DNA of 64,000 nucleotides from Diplonema japonicum (taxonomy: Eukaryota; Protista; Euglenozoa: Diplonemea). The notes beneath the pieces are model-generated. The model saw only the letters and a list, made by a program, of their open reading frames with translations, made no database searches and had not been told where the DNA came from. The stretch lies in the NCBI GenBank assembly GCA_964019335.1, contig OZ025695.1, positions 474,881 to 538,880 on the forward strand, given 5' to 3'. Position numbers and translations under genes: made by a program. This document shows, piece after piece, positions 44,043-53,173 of the stretch (positions are counted from its first letter, which is position 1; the number at the start of each line of letters is the position of its first letter).

Positions 44043-46194
44043 TCAAGCATAGGGGTTCAATAAATAATCGTCAGTGCCTGTGGCGCTCATTCGTGTCATT
44101 TGGACCTCTCTTGCCCCTCGGTGCATCCCTGCGGGCTCCCATCGTGGAGTAATGCAGTTACACGACTTCTTTGGCAAAGTTGCAGGACCCAATGTGAAGT
44201 CTCGTTGGTGACATGATGCGCACTCCCAAAACTTCTTTGAGATGTTTTCGTGCCATTTCATAGAATGGCCTGCTTTGCAGCATGGGTTCTCCTTCTTCAA
44301 GTAGTAAATACAGCACGACATGCACTTGTAGGCGTTGGTTTTTGTCTCTTTGACGGCTGACATCTCGTCAATGATCTGGTCCTTCCTGTCGAGCGCACCA
44401 AGAAGGTCGCTTGTCCTTTCGAATTTCTCGATGTCAGCTGTCTTTGTCAAGTGCTCCGGCAGGTCTGGACGTGTCGACGCTCCAGCAAACTGTTGTTGGA
44501 ACTTCGATGCGGGTGCTTGGCTGCTTACTTGCTTAGTTGCCTCCTGACTTGGGGTATGCGCCATAGGTGCGGGTGTTGTGAGGGCCTTCCTTTTTGCTTC
44601 AAGCACCTCCATTGGCTGCAGCATCGTGTTCACATCTCTATAACTGCTCGCCGCGATCAGCCTGCGCTTTGCATCTCTTTCCTGCATTTCCTTCCTTCTC
44701 TCATACATCAGTGCATCGTGCTCCTCCTTTTCCCTCAACTTTGCTTCCATAGCCTGCTGTTGTGACAGCTTTGGTATTGGTGTTTTCGCTGGCTTCGGTA
44801 TTTTTTGGAGCTTTGGAGCTTCTGCTTTCTTCTTAGCGGCTTCTATTGCCGCCACAGAGTGCTGTCTGTTGGCGTCAATCTGAGCCTTGTTTGGCTGCGG
44901 GGGTTTCACGGACGGACGTGCCCTCTTTGCTTCCCTCTCACCTGTCGTATTTGCACCGCTCTGTTGTGTCTGGTTTGGTTACTTGGAACATACCTTCAGC
45001 CATTCATTATACAGGTGTTCAAACGCTCTTAGTTCTTCGATAGGCGCGAGGCATCCGGGAAACTTGGGTGGGTTCTGTGTTTACGTATAATAAGCATAAG
45101 CTATATACCTTACTAGGAGGGGCGTCTGTCCTGCTCCGTTTTAGGTTGGCTCCGTTTAAGGTCCTCTCGGGCAGCATTCGCGATCTTGTAGCTACCCCTG
45201 GGGATGCACCTAGCTGTGCCAGCAAAAGCTTGTCATGCTGTGAAGGCTGTGCTTTAGGAGGTGGCGACTGGGACGGTTGGGATTGAGAGAGCTGCTGGGG
45301 CGGGACTCGTCTCGCGGGTGTCAAGGCCGTACTACGGGCCACTTCTCTCATGTTTGGGTGATGGTTAGGCAGCAGGTTCAAATTTGTGGTGGTTGTAGAA
45401 GAGAGGCTCTTTGTTGATTGCGCAACGTTTCTGTTTGCTACCATCTTAGCTTGAGACAAGTGGTAAGTGCAGTAACCTGAGCCTTTGGTTGTGTTCACAG
45501 GTGCGTCACACGTCCCACCTGCCTTCTTGGTGCCTTTACAAAACCCGAGATCCAGTGACCTTCCTAGCACTCTGAGGTAAGAAGACTGGGAACAAGTGAT
45601 GGCTATGTTGATGCTGCCGTTCGTGTTGTTAGGAGGCAGAACGTTGGGCCTCACAACGGCTATTGCCTGCCCCACATCAACCTTCCATAATGCTTCGTAT
45701 GCGGAATCAAAGGCCATGAGCAGCACAGACCCGCCGTCAAGGTCATGCAGTCGGAACTTCATGAACTTGTTTCCGTTTTTGCTGCGCTCTGTTCCCGACT
45801 TCATGACGATGACCCCGATCACTATGAAGTTATTATTCTTTTTGGCTGACTCTATATTCTTGGCTAGTGAGGGGATGCTCTCGAAACCGAAGTCCTCACA
45901 TAGCATATCCAGGCCCACTGCCCGCCCCTTCAGCTTGAGGCCTGTGTTCTTTTCTACATAGACCTCAGAGTCATTGGTCACAGACGCAATTTTCTTCTTC
46001 GGCAAGAACATGTCAGGTACCGATTCATTCATCACCTGCGGTAACGGCTCATCTTCGTTGGCCTTCTGGCTGTCGTTTAGCCCCTTTTGCGGCAAGTGTC
46101 CCCTGAGTGCCTCTGGGATGTGGCTCAAGTCATCCTCCTCTTCCTCGTCGCTGCTCAGGTCAGCGATCTTCAACAATAACGACGGGTCGCTCAT
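44043..46194 (-). CDS. MCM10: DNA replication factor MCM10, introns at 45075-45108 and 44961-44993
   Basis: 'VEKNTGLKL', OB fold 'IGVIVMKS', zinc finger 'LGRSLDLGFCKGTKKAGGTC...VN....YCTYH', and C-terminal 'C..C...CCKAGH...KKFWECASC'. Confidence 0.9.
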
Positions 46195-46255
46195 GATACC
46201 TGTGGTGGTGGTGGTGCGTGACAGCCATGCAAAAACGGTTGCAGGTGCATCTATG

Positions 46256-47032
46256 CTATTGAAGGCGTGACTTCTTTTTTATTTTTGGCTTTGCTGTCAC
46301 GGTTTTTTTCAGAAGCTTTTTGGGATTTCTACATCCGCAACCACAGAGGTAGTGCGGGGTCTTTTCGGGTGCTGCCTCACGTTCTGCGAGAGAGCTGTTG
46401 AGTGTTGTCAGGCTTCGCCGCTTGCCCCAAGCGATGATCGAAATACGCATGTCTTTGGTGGACGCCTTAGGGACGCCGTGCTGGAAGAGGCGGTTGGCCA
46501 CGCTGGTGAAGGCAAAGACGTCACCGCTCTGCTGCGGGAAAAAAAACTTTGCGCCTGAGTCCACGTGCAAAAATTCTAGTGCCCTTTCGGCTCCTAAGGA
46601 TAGTCCCATCGTGAAATCCTCTTTGTAACCGGCGCCCTTGTGAAAGGCATGAGAGTCGTGATGGAACGGCTTCCAGTCAGAACCATCTCTATAAATATTC
46701 AGTCTTGTGGCAAAGGCATCGCAGCTGAAGTGGTTTTCCATCTTCCGCAGAAGCTTCTGGAAAGTCTTTGAGAAGGTTGGGTCCTCGTGCTTCAGATGTT
46801 TGCTCCATGCAATCAATCCATCGTCGCCTGCATGCGTAATAAGTTCTTCTTTCAGACACTCGTACAGTTCAGTGGCATCTTGCGGATCGATGAAAGCAGG
46901 GAGATAAATAGCGCTGCCCTCTATGGCGTCTTTAAAACTGTTGATCAGCATAGGGTTGGTCCTGGCTCGCTCGGATCTCAGGACTTCCGCGGCATGAGGC
47001 CCTATTTGATTTACAGGATTCTCAGTCTCCAT
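46256..47032 (-). CDS. AlkB-like 2OG-Fe(II) dioxygenase
   Basis: 'RLNIYRDGSDWKPFHHD', 'LSLGAER', 'FQHGVPK' and 'RISI'. Confidence 0.88.
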   Translation of the reverse strand: METENPVNQIGPHAAEVLRSERARTNPMLINSFKDAIEGSAIYLPAFIDPQDATELYECLKEELITHAGDDGLIAWSKHLKHEDPTFSKTFQKLLRKMENHFSCDAFATRLNIYRDGSDWKPFHHDSHAFHKGAGYKEDFTMGLSLGAERALEFLHVDSGAKFFFPQQSGDVFAFTSVANRLFQHGVPKASTKDMRISIIAWGKRRSLTTLNSSLAEREAAPEKTPHYLCGCGCRNPKKLLKKTVTAKPKIKKKSRLQ

Positions 47033-47073
47033 ATCACCTGTGATGCGAGATTAATAGTGGTAAACACCTTGCC

Positions 47074-47919
47074 TCAATAAGACACAGGCAGCTCAGCGTC
47101 ACTTGCTTGGCACTGCTGCAACATCCTTTTGTAGATTTGGTGATCACGGTGCGCAGAGTTCAGGAATTCGAATCTTCCCTCTTTTTCGCGTAGTTTGTCC
47201 TCGAAATCATTCCCCTTCTTGGCAACAAGACTGGCAACCTTCTCGATAATCAGATACTCAGGTGGCTGTTCCTCTGGCTCTATTTCTTCCTCTTCGTAGT
47301 CTGGGAGGAGGCCTGGTAGTGCTTGCGGACGCCGTTCGGGGGACAGAGTGGGCGGGTCAAGACGGGGCGCATCCTTCTCTTGCTGAGGGCAGAAATTCTT
47401 TATTTCCAGGTATGTAAGATGTAGTGGGTGGGTAGGATCTAAGAAGGGGTAGCGCTCCACCAACTCCTCCTGCCAGCGAACAAGAAGTCTTTCGATAGCG
47501 TCTCTGCCATGTCCAGCCACGTAAGCACTCTGCACTCTAGCAACATGGACCATGTGGGCCACAGTCTTGGGCGTCACATTCTTTTTCAACATAACCCCTA
47601 AACGTGTTTTGTAATAAGCACCTGCAGCTGCTATTGCGGACTGCTTTATTATCTGCCACTCTTCTCCATCCGGGGGTGCCACTTGCATTTCTATCGTTGC
47701 TTTGTATGTTTGCAGCTCTTGAGGAACTACAACCTCTGAACCATCCCTTTTGCGCTTTCTGCACAGTCCCGCAAGTGCGCCTTCTTCTAGATGCACCCTT
47801 ATGTCACAAGCATCGACCGTCACTTCATTGATCACCTTCATGTGCTCCTCTGCCTCTAAACGTGTTGCTTCCTTGTCATTTCGATGAATCTCCTTCTTAA
47901 CCCCATAAACGCTGAGCAT
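47074..47919 (-). CDS. SWAP/SURP-domain splicing regulator-like protein
   Basis: Two SURP modules ('..YPFLDPTHPLHLTY', 'IIEKVASLVAKKG..FE...FEFLN'). The N-terminus resembles the DRY_EERY region of SWAP proteins. Confidence 0.78.
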   Translation of the reverse strand: MLSVYGVKKEIHRNDKEATRLEAEEHMKVINEVTVDACDIRVHLEEGALAGLCRKRKRDGSEVVVPQELQTYKATIEMQVAPPDGEEWQIIKQSAIAAAGAYYKTRLGVMLKKNVTPKTVAHMVHVARVQSAYVAGHGRDAIERLLVRWQEELVERYPFLDPTHPLHLTYLEIKNFCPQQEKDAPRLDPPTLSPERRPQALPGLLPDYEEEEIEPEEQPPEYLIIEKVASLVAKKGNDFEDKLREKEGRFEFLNSAHRDHQIYKRMLQQCQASDAELPVSY

Positions 47920-48220
47920 AGCTGCAGCCTCTTTTCATTGTCTAGAGAGGTGAAAAATGAAGAAAAGCAAATAAATGTGTCAAATAAAGCTAAAAGAGGT
48001 AGCCATTCCATACTGCTAAGATCTTATGCGTATTTTTAACAGTAGATCTAAAACGTTGTGGTAACTCGTTTAAAAAGACGGAAAGGAAGAAGGGGAGAAG
48101 AAGAATGGAGAAAAAAAAAAGAATTATACGTTCGCTGTATTGAAACGCAGCTTCTGCGTCGCAAGTGTGACCGATGTTTGCAGCTAACAAGCACAAACAT
48201 TTTTTTCACCACTTGTGGGG

Positions 48221-49126
48221 CTAGTATTTTACGGCAATGTCAGTAAGGGGGAGGCCAGCTTTGTTCGTGATGCACGTGCTGGCACGAGTAGCAGGATTGT
48301 AGGACTGCAAGTAGGAGCCTGTGTCGTTCACAGACCCGTACCACAATTCACCTTGTGCAACGTTGGAAGTGAAAGCTAGGACTTGGTTGTGCGAGAAGTC
48401 CACAGGAGTGGAGCAGGAGCCTGTAGAGGTGTCGATCTTTGTGATGGAGTTCTTCACAGTGCCATTGACTATGCTGATCTCGGTGGCCCACAGATCGTGG
48501 TTTTTATCGAAGAACAAAAAGTCGATGTGAGCGCACTCATTTTTCAAAGTGACAGACTTTTGCATGTTCCCAGTAGGAGCAAGGTACTGCAGTTGTTTGG
48601 CGATTGGGTTGAAGTTGATAAAGCTGTGCCCTGCGGCGGGGTCGACAACGGCTCTGCCTGGGACAACTGAGGACGGCAGAGTGGCCTCAGTGACATCAGT
48701 TGCAGAATATCTTGTCATCCTGCTGACGTTCTGCATATTCTGAGGAACGTCTGTGATGATGAGCTCACCGTTGTACTGGTCAAAGGTGAGGGTTATGATT
48801 CCAGCACTGTAGAGGTCGATGGGTGCCTGCAGGGAACCCGACGTCACGTTGATCGAGTACACCAGATTGGACCCGAACCCCGTCGCCCAGTAGAACAGAC
48901 CGTTGGCCTCATCAAAGGCGTTGACCCCGTCCCACTTTGCGCTGGAGCCCACATACACAAAGTTCTCTGAGATCTGAGACCATTCGCCGGTTGTTGGATT
49001 CACCTTGAAGCCTTCTGAGATGGTTCTCTTCTTCATAGGGCCAAAACCCACGCTCACTGCGTAGATATCAGGCAGTGCACCCTGCACAGCAGCCAAGGCT
49101 GTGATTGCAAGCAGTTGTCTGAGCAT
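48221..49126 (-). CDS. Secreted protein, probable beta-propeller
   Basis: Signal peptide MLRQLLAITALAAVQG; beta-strand blades with 'AFD...GLFYW' and 'TFDQYNGEL'. Confidence 0.7.
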   Translation of the reverse strand: MLRQLLAITALAAVQGALPDIYAVSVGFGPMKKRTISEGFKVNPTTGEWSQISENFVYVGSSAKWDGVNAFDEANGLFYWATGFGSNLVYSINVTSGSLQAPIDLYSAGIITLTFDQYNGELIITDVPQNMQNVSRMTRYSATDVTEATLPSSVVPGRAVVDPAAGHSFINFNPIAKQLQYLAPTGNMQKSVTLKNECAHIDFLFFDKNHDLWATEISIVNGTVKNSITKIDTSTGSCSTPVDFSHNQVLAFTSNVAQGELWYGSVNDTGSYLQSYNPATRASTCITNKAGLPLTDIAVKY

Positions 49127-49437
49127 GGATCCCTCCTTTTTCTTTTTTTCTGTTTTGCAGTAATGTTAACTACGAATAGAAAAAAGAATTCTTTATTCAC
49201 CATATGTGTCTTTGGTGTTCGAACAAGTAAGAAAGGTTTTAAAAAGCTGCAAAAAGCTATTCCATTAAAGGACGAAGCGCTATCAAACGCGTGATCAAAA
49301 AAAAAATAATTTTATGCAAAGGCATTTTAAGTGCCCTTGCACAGAATAACGTAGTTCCGAAAAAACACCCTCAAAATCAGTTTTTGGTGGCACGAAAGCT
49401 CATATGAGCAGTACTGATACAGACGAGTTCGGGAGTG

Positions 49438-49526
49438 CCCAAGGGGACATATCACTCTACTTCTCACTCATGATGATACCTCATCAAGCACCAGTAGTGA
49501 CGAGTAGAGTGATATTATGTCCTGGG
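49438..49526. other. Intergenic long imperfect hairpin
   Basis: ATATCACTCTACT (49449-49461) and AGTAGAGTGATAT (49503-49515) form a perfect 13-bp stem. Further helices are TCACT/AGTGA, TGATGA/TCATCA and an outer GGAC/GTCC. Confidence 0.8.
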
Positions 49527-49925
49527 AGAGCGAAATTACGCAGGTTACGTAAGAAGTGGCAGGCGCAGGGGGGCTGAAATCACCGTATTCCCACATGAGC
49601 GCATCAAGGATTTTTAAGCTTTTCATCTACATGGCATTTGTGAAATCTCTTTGCACCGTTTGCCACAACCCCGAGTTTGGCTTCACTGGCTGCTTGAGGA
49701 TGTTTTAATTTAGAAAAATAAAAAAGTCGAGAGTGACCCATTTTTGCTAAAATTCAACCATTCGATGTTTAAGGGAAAATCCCACTTGAGACACATCCCT
49801 ACTAGATAAATATTTGTAATAAAAGAACAATTAGACAACTGGGTGAAACCCAGACGCACAGCTAGAAACAAGAGGGTTTGCAGGAGCTCCCTGAATAGAA
49901 AGCACAAGAATTACAGATGTCATCA

Positions 49926-50516
49926 CTAGTTCCAACCAATGTTGCGGAGAAAGTAGTCGAGCCACGTCTGTACAGTGGGCACGCCCACCTGGTTGCCATC
50001 TTGCGATATGCCTTGCTCCGTAAGGAACTGGCGTAGCTCATACGGAGTCCCGAAATGACGTGTTTTGTGCTCATGAGGCTTGACGCATTGGAGCCGCTCC
50101 ACATGCTTCGCCCCCCTGCCATTGTAGAGCAGCCACTTCGCAAACTCCCAATCAAATTTCTCAATGCATCCCGCACTCATATCTGGTCTTGTGACGCCGC
50201 GGTACTGCACGCTTCGCATGAAGGCACGGTAAAAGCACAAGAACCTGTTGTAGTTGAGGTACACAATCATGTCGGCCTGCTCTAATCTCTCATTCAAAAG
50301 GAACTTGTGGTAATTGCCTTCGATTACCCATTCCCCACTTTGCTTTTCTAGAAAGTCGGCAATGATTTGACATGCTTCATCTGTGCCGCGTCCCTCCCAG
50401 TCTTCCATGAAGTAAACAGAGTCAAGATGGAGGCATGGGATATTATAGTGACTCGCCAGCTGCCTCCCCAACGTCGATTTTCCACATCCGGAGTGGCCAA
50501 GTATTTGGATTTTCAT
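49926..50516 (-). CDS. flaR: Bacterial-type DNA topology modulation protein (FlaR-like P-loop kinase)
   Basis: 'GHSGCGKSTL', 'LHLD', 'WVIEGNY', 'ADMIVYLN' and 'YRGVTRPDMSAGCIEKFDWEF' match the FlaR family as recalled. An acceptor CTACAG lies just upstream of the ATG. Confidence 0.85.
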   Translation of the reverse strand: MKIQILGHSGCGKSTLGRQLASHYNIPCLHLDSVYFMEDWEGRGTDEACQIIADFLEKQSGEWVIEGNYHKFLLNERLEQADMIVYLNYNRFLCFYRAFMRSVQYRGVTRPDMSAGCIEKFDWEFAKWLLYNGRGAKHVERLQCVKPHEHKTRHFGTPYELRQFLTEQGISQDGNQVGVPTVQTWLDYFLRNIGWN

Positions 50517-50723
50517 TTCTTCTCAACCTGTAGGGGTTCAGCCTATCGCAGTCCGACCAAATGTCAAAAGTTTTAAAACGTTCAAAATCTCACTCAAAAA
50601 AAAAAGGGAAAAAAACAGAAAAAGAAGGAAGCAAACCTTGTGCTAGGGGGGAAATTTGATTTGCTTTACCTGGCTAGTAGCTGGAATGCTCCAGAAATAA
50701 CTAACAGTAGATTCTTGTTATCT

Positions 50724-52484
50724 TTACCTGCCGCCTCTCTGGTTGGACTCAAACATCTGCGAGTAGTCTGGGAGGTCTTCGTATGGAAGGACCTCCGGGC
50801 TCACTTCTGTTGGGATCCTGACGACGCCGATGGTGCCTGTGTCAAGAACTTCGATTTCGGTGCCCGAGAAAAAGGTCTTGAGCAGCTTGATTGTAACTGT
50901 TGTAATAGGACCAGCTGAGGTTGTGTACTGGGGTAGTGTGTTGGACACAGGCGAGATGTCAGGCACCCAATCTTCTCCTGGGAAGTGAGGCCACAGCATG
51001 ATGTAGTGGTACCACCCGCATTTGAGGTACGTGTTGAATCCTGAGAAAAATCTTACAAAGGGGTACGCAGGGTGAGATGTGTCTTCCTTTCCGACTTCCC
51101 ACCTGTCGGCATCGTCGGTAAGGGTGAGATCAGTCTTTGGCGTCTTGCCGTCCATCATCTCGTACATCTTCATGGCTTCCTCCTGATAGAGCAGCAGCCC
51201 CCACACACCACTGTGTACAGTGTCGAGGTCGGCACTGCGCTGCCTGTCCAAGCCTGTGTGCATCTTGAAGTACGACATCCTAGTATGGATGTCAGTGATG
51301 AAGGTGTCGTATGGAGAAAACAGTGTCACAGGGAACGAAAATACTCCTTTTGCCGTGGTCACTTCATAAGTGTACATTCGCATGTACGGAGAATCCCACC
51401 AGCACATTAGCAAGTACGCTGAGTCAAAAAGCATGAGACCCTTCACCTTGTCCTTCTTCTGGAGCCTTTCCATCAACACAACCAAAAGTTCGGAAATAAG
51501 AATGCATCCTATAAGCGGAGCCGTCAGGCATGTGACATTCAGAAGGTCGCCTTTGCTGTAAATCACATAACACATTACTAGATGATTCACCATATTTTCC
51601 CACACAAGGATACCAGTCATCAAGAACACCCCAACATGAAAGGAAGCTGTCAAGAGATACCAAGCAACAGACGTTGACAACATGCCCCCCATCTCTGCAA
51701 GCAGTGCACCAGCACCCAGCAAGAGGCGAATGTGCTTTAGTTTTGAGGCCACCCACACAACACTTTCTCTTGAAAGCCATCTGTTCCACCCCCTCAAATA
51801 GCTGTTAACGAAAATGCACTCACCTCTATTCTGCAGTACCCAGTCAAGTGGGTTGTTTCCCAGCCTAACTTTGCCAAATCCCTGATGGAAATAGTACTCA
51901 ACCTGCCCGGCAGTAATCATGACCAGCACATCACTGGATGTCAAGGGGGTGCAAGATCTCAGCAGAAGAGATGTCACAGCAAACGACACTGAATACCTCA
52001 TGAACTCATTTCCTAAGTAGTTGGAGTAAGGAGGGGCAATAGACCAGGAGCTGATACTGTAGGTCAAGATAGAAGAAGCAACAAGAGACAGGCACACAAA
52101 AGCAGGATGGAAATATGTAAGTGCAGCAAGCAGCGTAACAATGACACGGTCTTTCATATGTAACTGCAGTTGATCTGCAGCACCAAACCTAAAAACACCT
52201 TTCCAAGCAAGGATTCCACATTGGATGGTGCAGAGCAGTCGTAACAACTGCCCATCAGGTGAGGTATCCCACTCAGCAGCACTACCACCTAAAACAGCAC
52301 ACCATAACCACCCCCATTTCTTCATATATCCAAAGACCAAGGATCTTCCATCTTGCTGTCCTGCTCCCCCAAACTGTGTCAGTTTTCCAATAGGGTGATT
52401 GTACCACCAGCATGTATTGTACACCAGCCATGAAGTGAACTTTGAGAGGAAAAAAGCAAACACATATATGTAAGAGGTTGTCAT
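50724..52484 (-). CDS. Polytopic membrane protein, HTTM-like
   Basis: About 9-10 hydrophobic helices with 'YYFHQGFGKVRLG..PLDWVLQN' and 'FHVGVFLMTGILVWE', plus a soluble C-terminal domain. Start MTTSY at 52484. Confidence 0.65.
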   Translation of the reverse strand: MTTSYIYVFAFFLSKFTSWLVYNTCWWYNHPIGKLTQFGGAGQQDGRSLVFGYMKKWGWLWCAVLGGSAAEWDTSPDGQLLRLLCTIQCGILAWKGVFRFGAADQLQLHMKDRVIVTLLAALTYFHPAFVCLSLVASSILTYSISSWSIAPPYSNYLGNEFMRYSVSFAVTSLLLRSCTPLTSSDVLVMITAGQVEYYFHQGFGKVRLGNNPLDWVLQNRGECIFVNSYLRGWNRWLSRESVVWVASKLKHIRLLLGAGALLAEMGGMLSTSVAWYLLTASFHVGVFLMTGILVWENMVNHLVMCYVIYSKGDLLNVTCLTAPLIGCILISELLVVLMERLQKKDKVKGLMLFDSAYLLMCWWDSPYMRMYTYEVTTAKGVFSFPVTLFSPYDTFITDIHTRMSYFKMHTGLDRQRSADLDTVHSGVWGLLLYQEEAMKMYEMMDGKTPKTDLTLTDDADRWEVGKEDTSHPAYPFVRFFSGFNTYLKCGWYHYIMLWPHFPGEDWVPDISPVSNTLPQYTTSAGPITTVTIKLLKTFFSGTEIEVLDTGTIGVVRIPTEVSPEVLPYEDLPDYSQMFESNQRGGR

Positions 52485-52763
52485 TTTAAGCTGTGGTTTG
52501 GGAAAAGTATTGATACAAGAATATCTCACAAAAGGGAAGGAAAGGGAACAAGGGGGAGGGAAACAAGATTCTCTATAGCAAGGCAGGCATTGTTTCAAGA
52601 TTTTTCCTATTTTTGGAGATAAAAACCTGTTTTGGCAGGGTGGGTCGTTCCATTCTCTTCCGCCAAACTGGCCTCTTTCCTTGCCACACTTGCTTTTGGC
52701 TTCTTACCCATCCCTTTCAGTTTTCGCCCATATTGTCAAAGAACCCTTGTTGTACAGTAAAAA

Positions 52764-52915
52764 TAGGGCAAGCGTGAATATAAAGTACTTTATATTCACT
52801 CATAAAGCAATTTTCATTTCTGCCCCTGTTTTCTTCCTAAAACAAGCCTGAAATCTGCAATGAAAATAAAGTGAAGCGTGAAATAATGTGAAATATTATA
52901 TTCACTCCTACCCTT
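52764..52915. mobile_element. MITE of about 150 bp with imperfect 20-bp TIRs and a 26-bp perfect palindrome
   Basis: TAGGGCAAGCGTGAATATAA ... TTATATTCACTCCTACCCTT; palindrome GTGAATATAAAGTACTTTATATTCAC at 52774-52799. Confidence 0.65.
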
Positions 52916-53031
52916 GAAAATCTGACTGGAGTTATATAAAGTACTACCCCCTGCATCGCACTGCCTGTTTGTTGCACATATTTTCATGTTATCCCCTCAT
53001 CTATTTATCTATTTACAAATTCGGAAAGGGC

Positions 53032-53066
<35 letters not shown>

Positions 53067-53173
53067 TTACAAGAGAAGGGAAGAAGAAAGTGCATTTTTA
53101 TTGCTCCTGTGTAAACAGGTTCTGAAACCTTTTCGTTGCACGTTTTTCACATGCTGCAGCCCGTTTTTGTTTC

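Noticed and set aside
24642-46194. Stop-codon reassignment or programmed frameshifting to explain the broken ORFs
   Set aside because: Every internal break in the host genes is explained by a short GT-AG intron under the standard code.
49460-49510. SECIS-like ATGA..AA..TGA pattern
   Set aside because: It is on the non-coding strand, helix II pairs poorly, and neighbouring genes have no in-frame UGA.
15270-52598. Longer N-termini given by the ORF track (e.g. starts at 15323, 16948, 26425, 34184, 38099, 40118, 52598)
   Set aside because: The extensions run through acceptor-like, mostly U-rich sequence; the first ATG after the AG gives a more plausible start.
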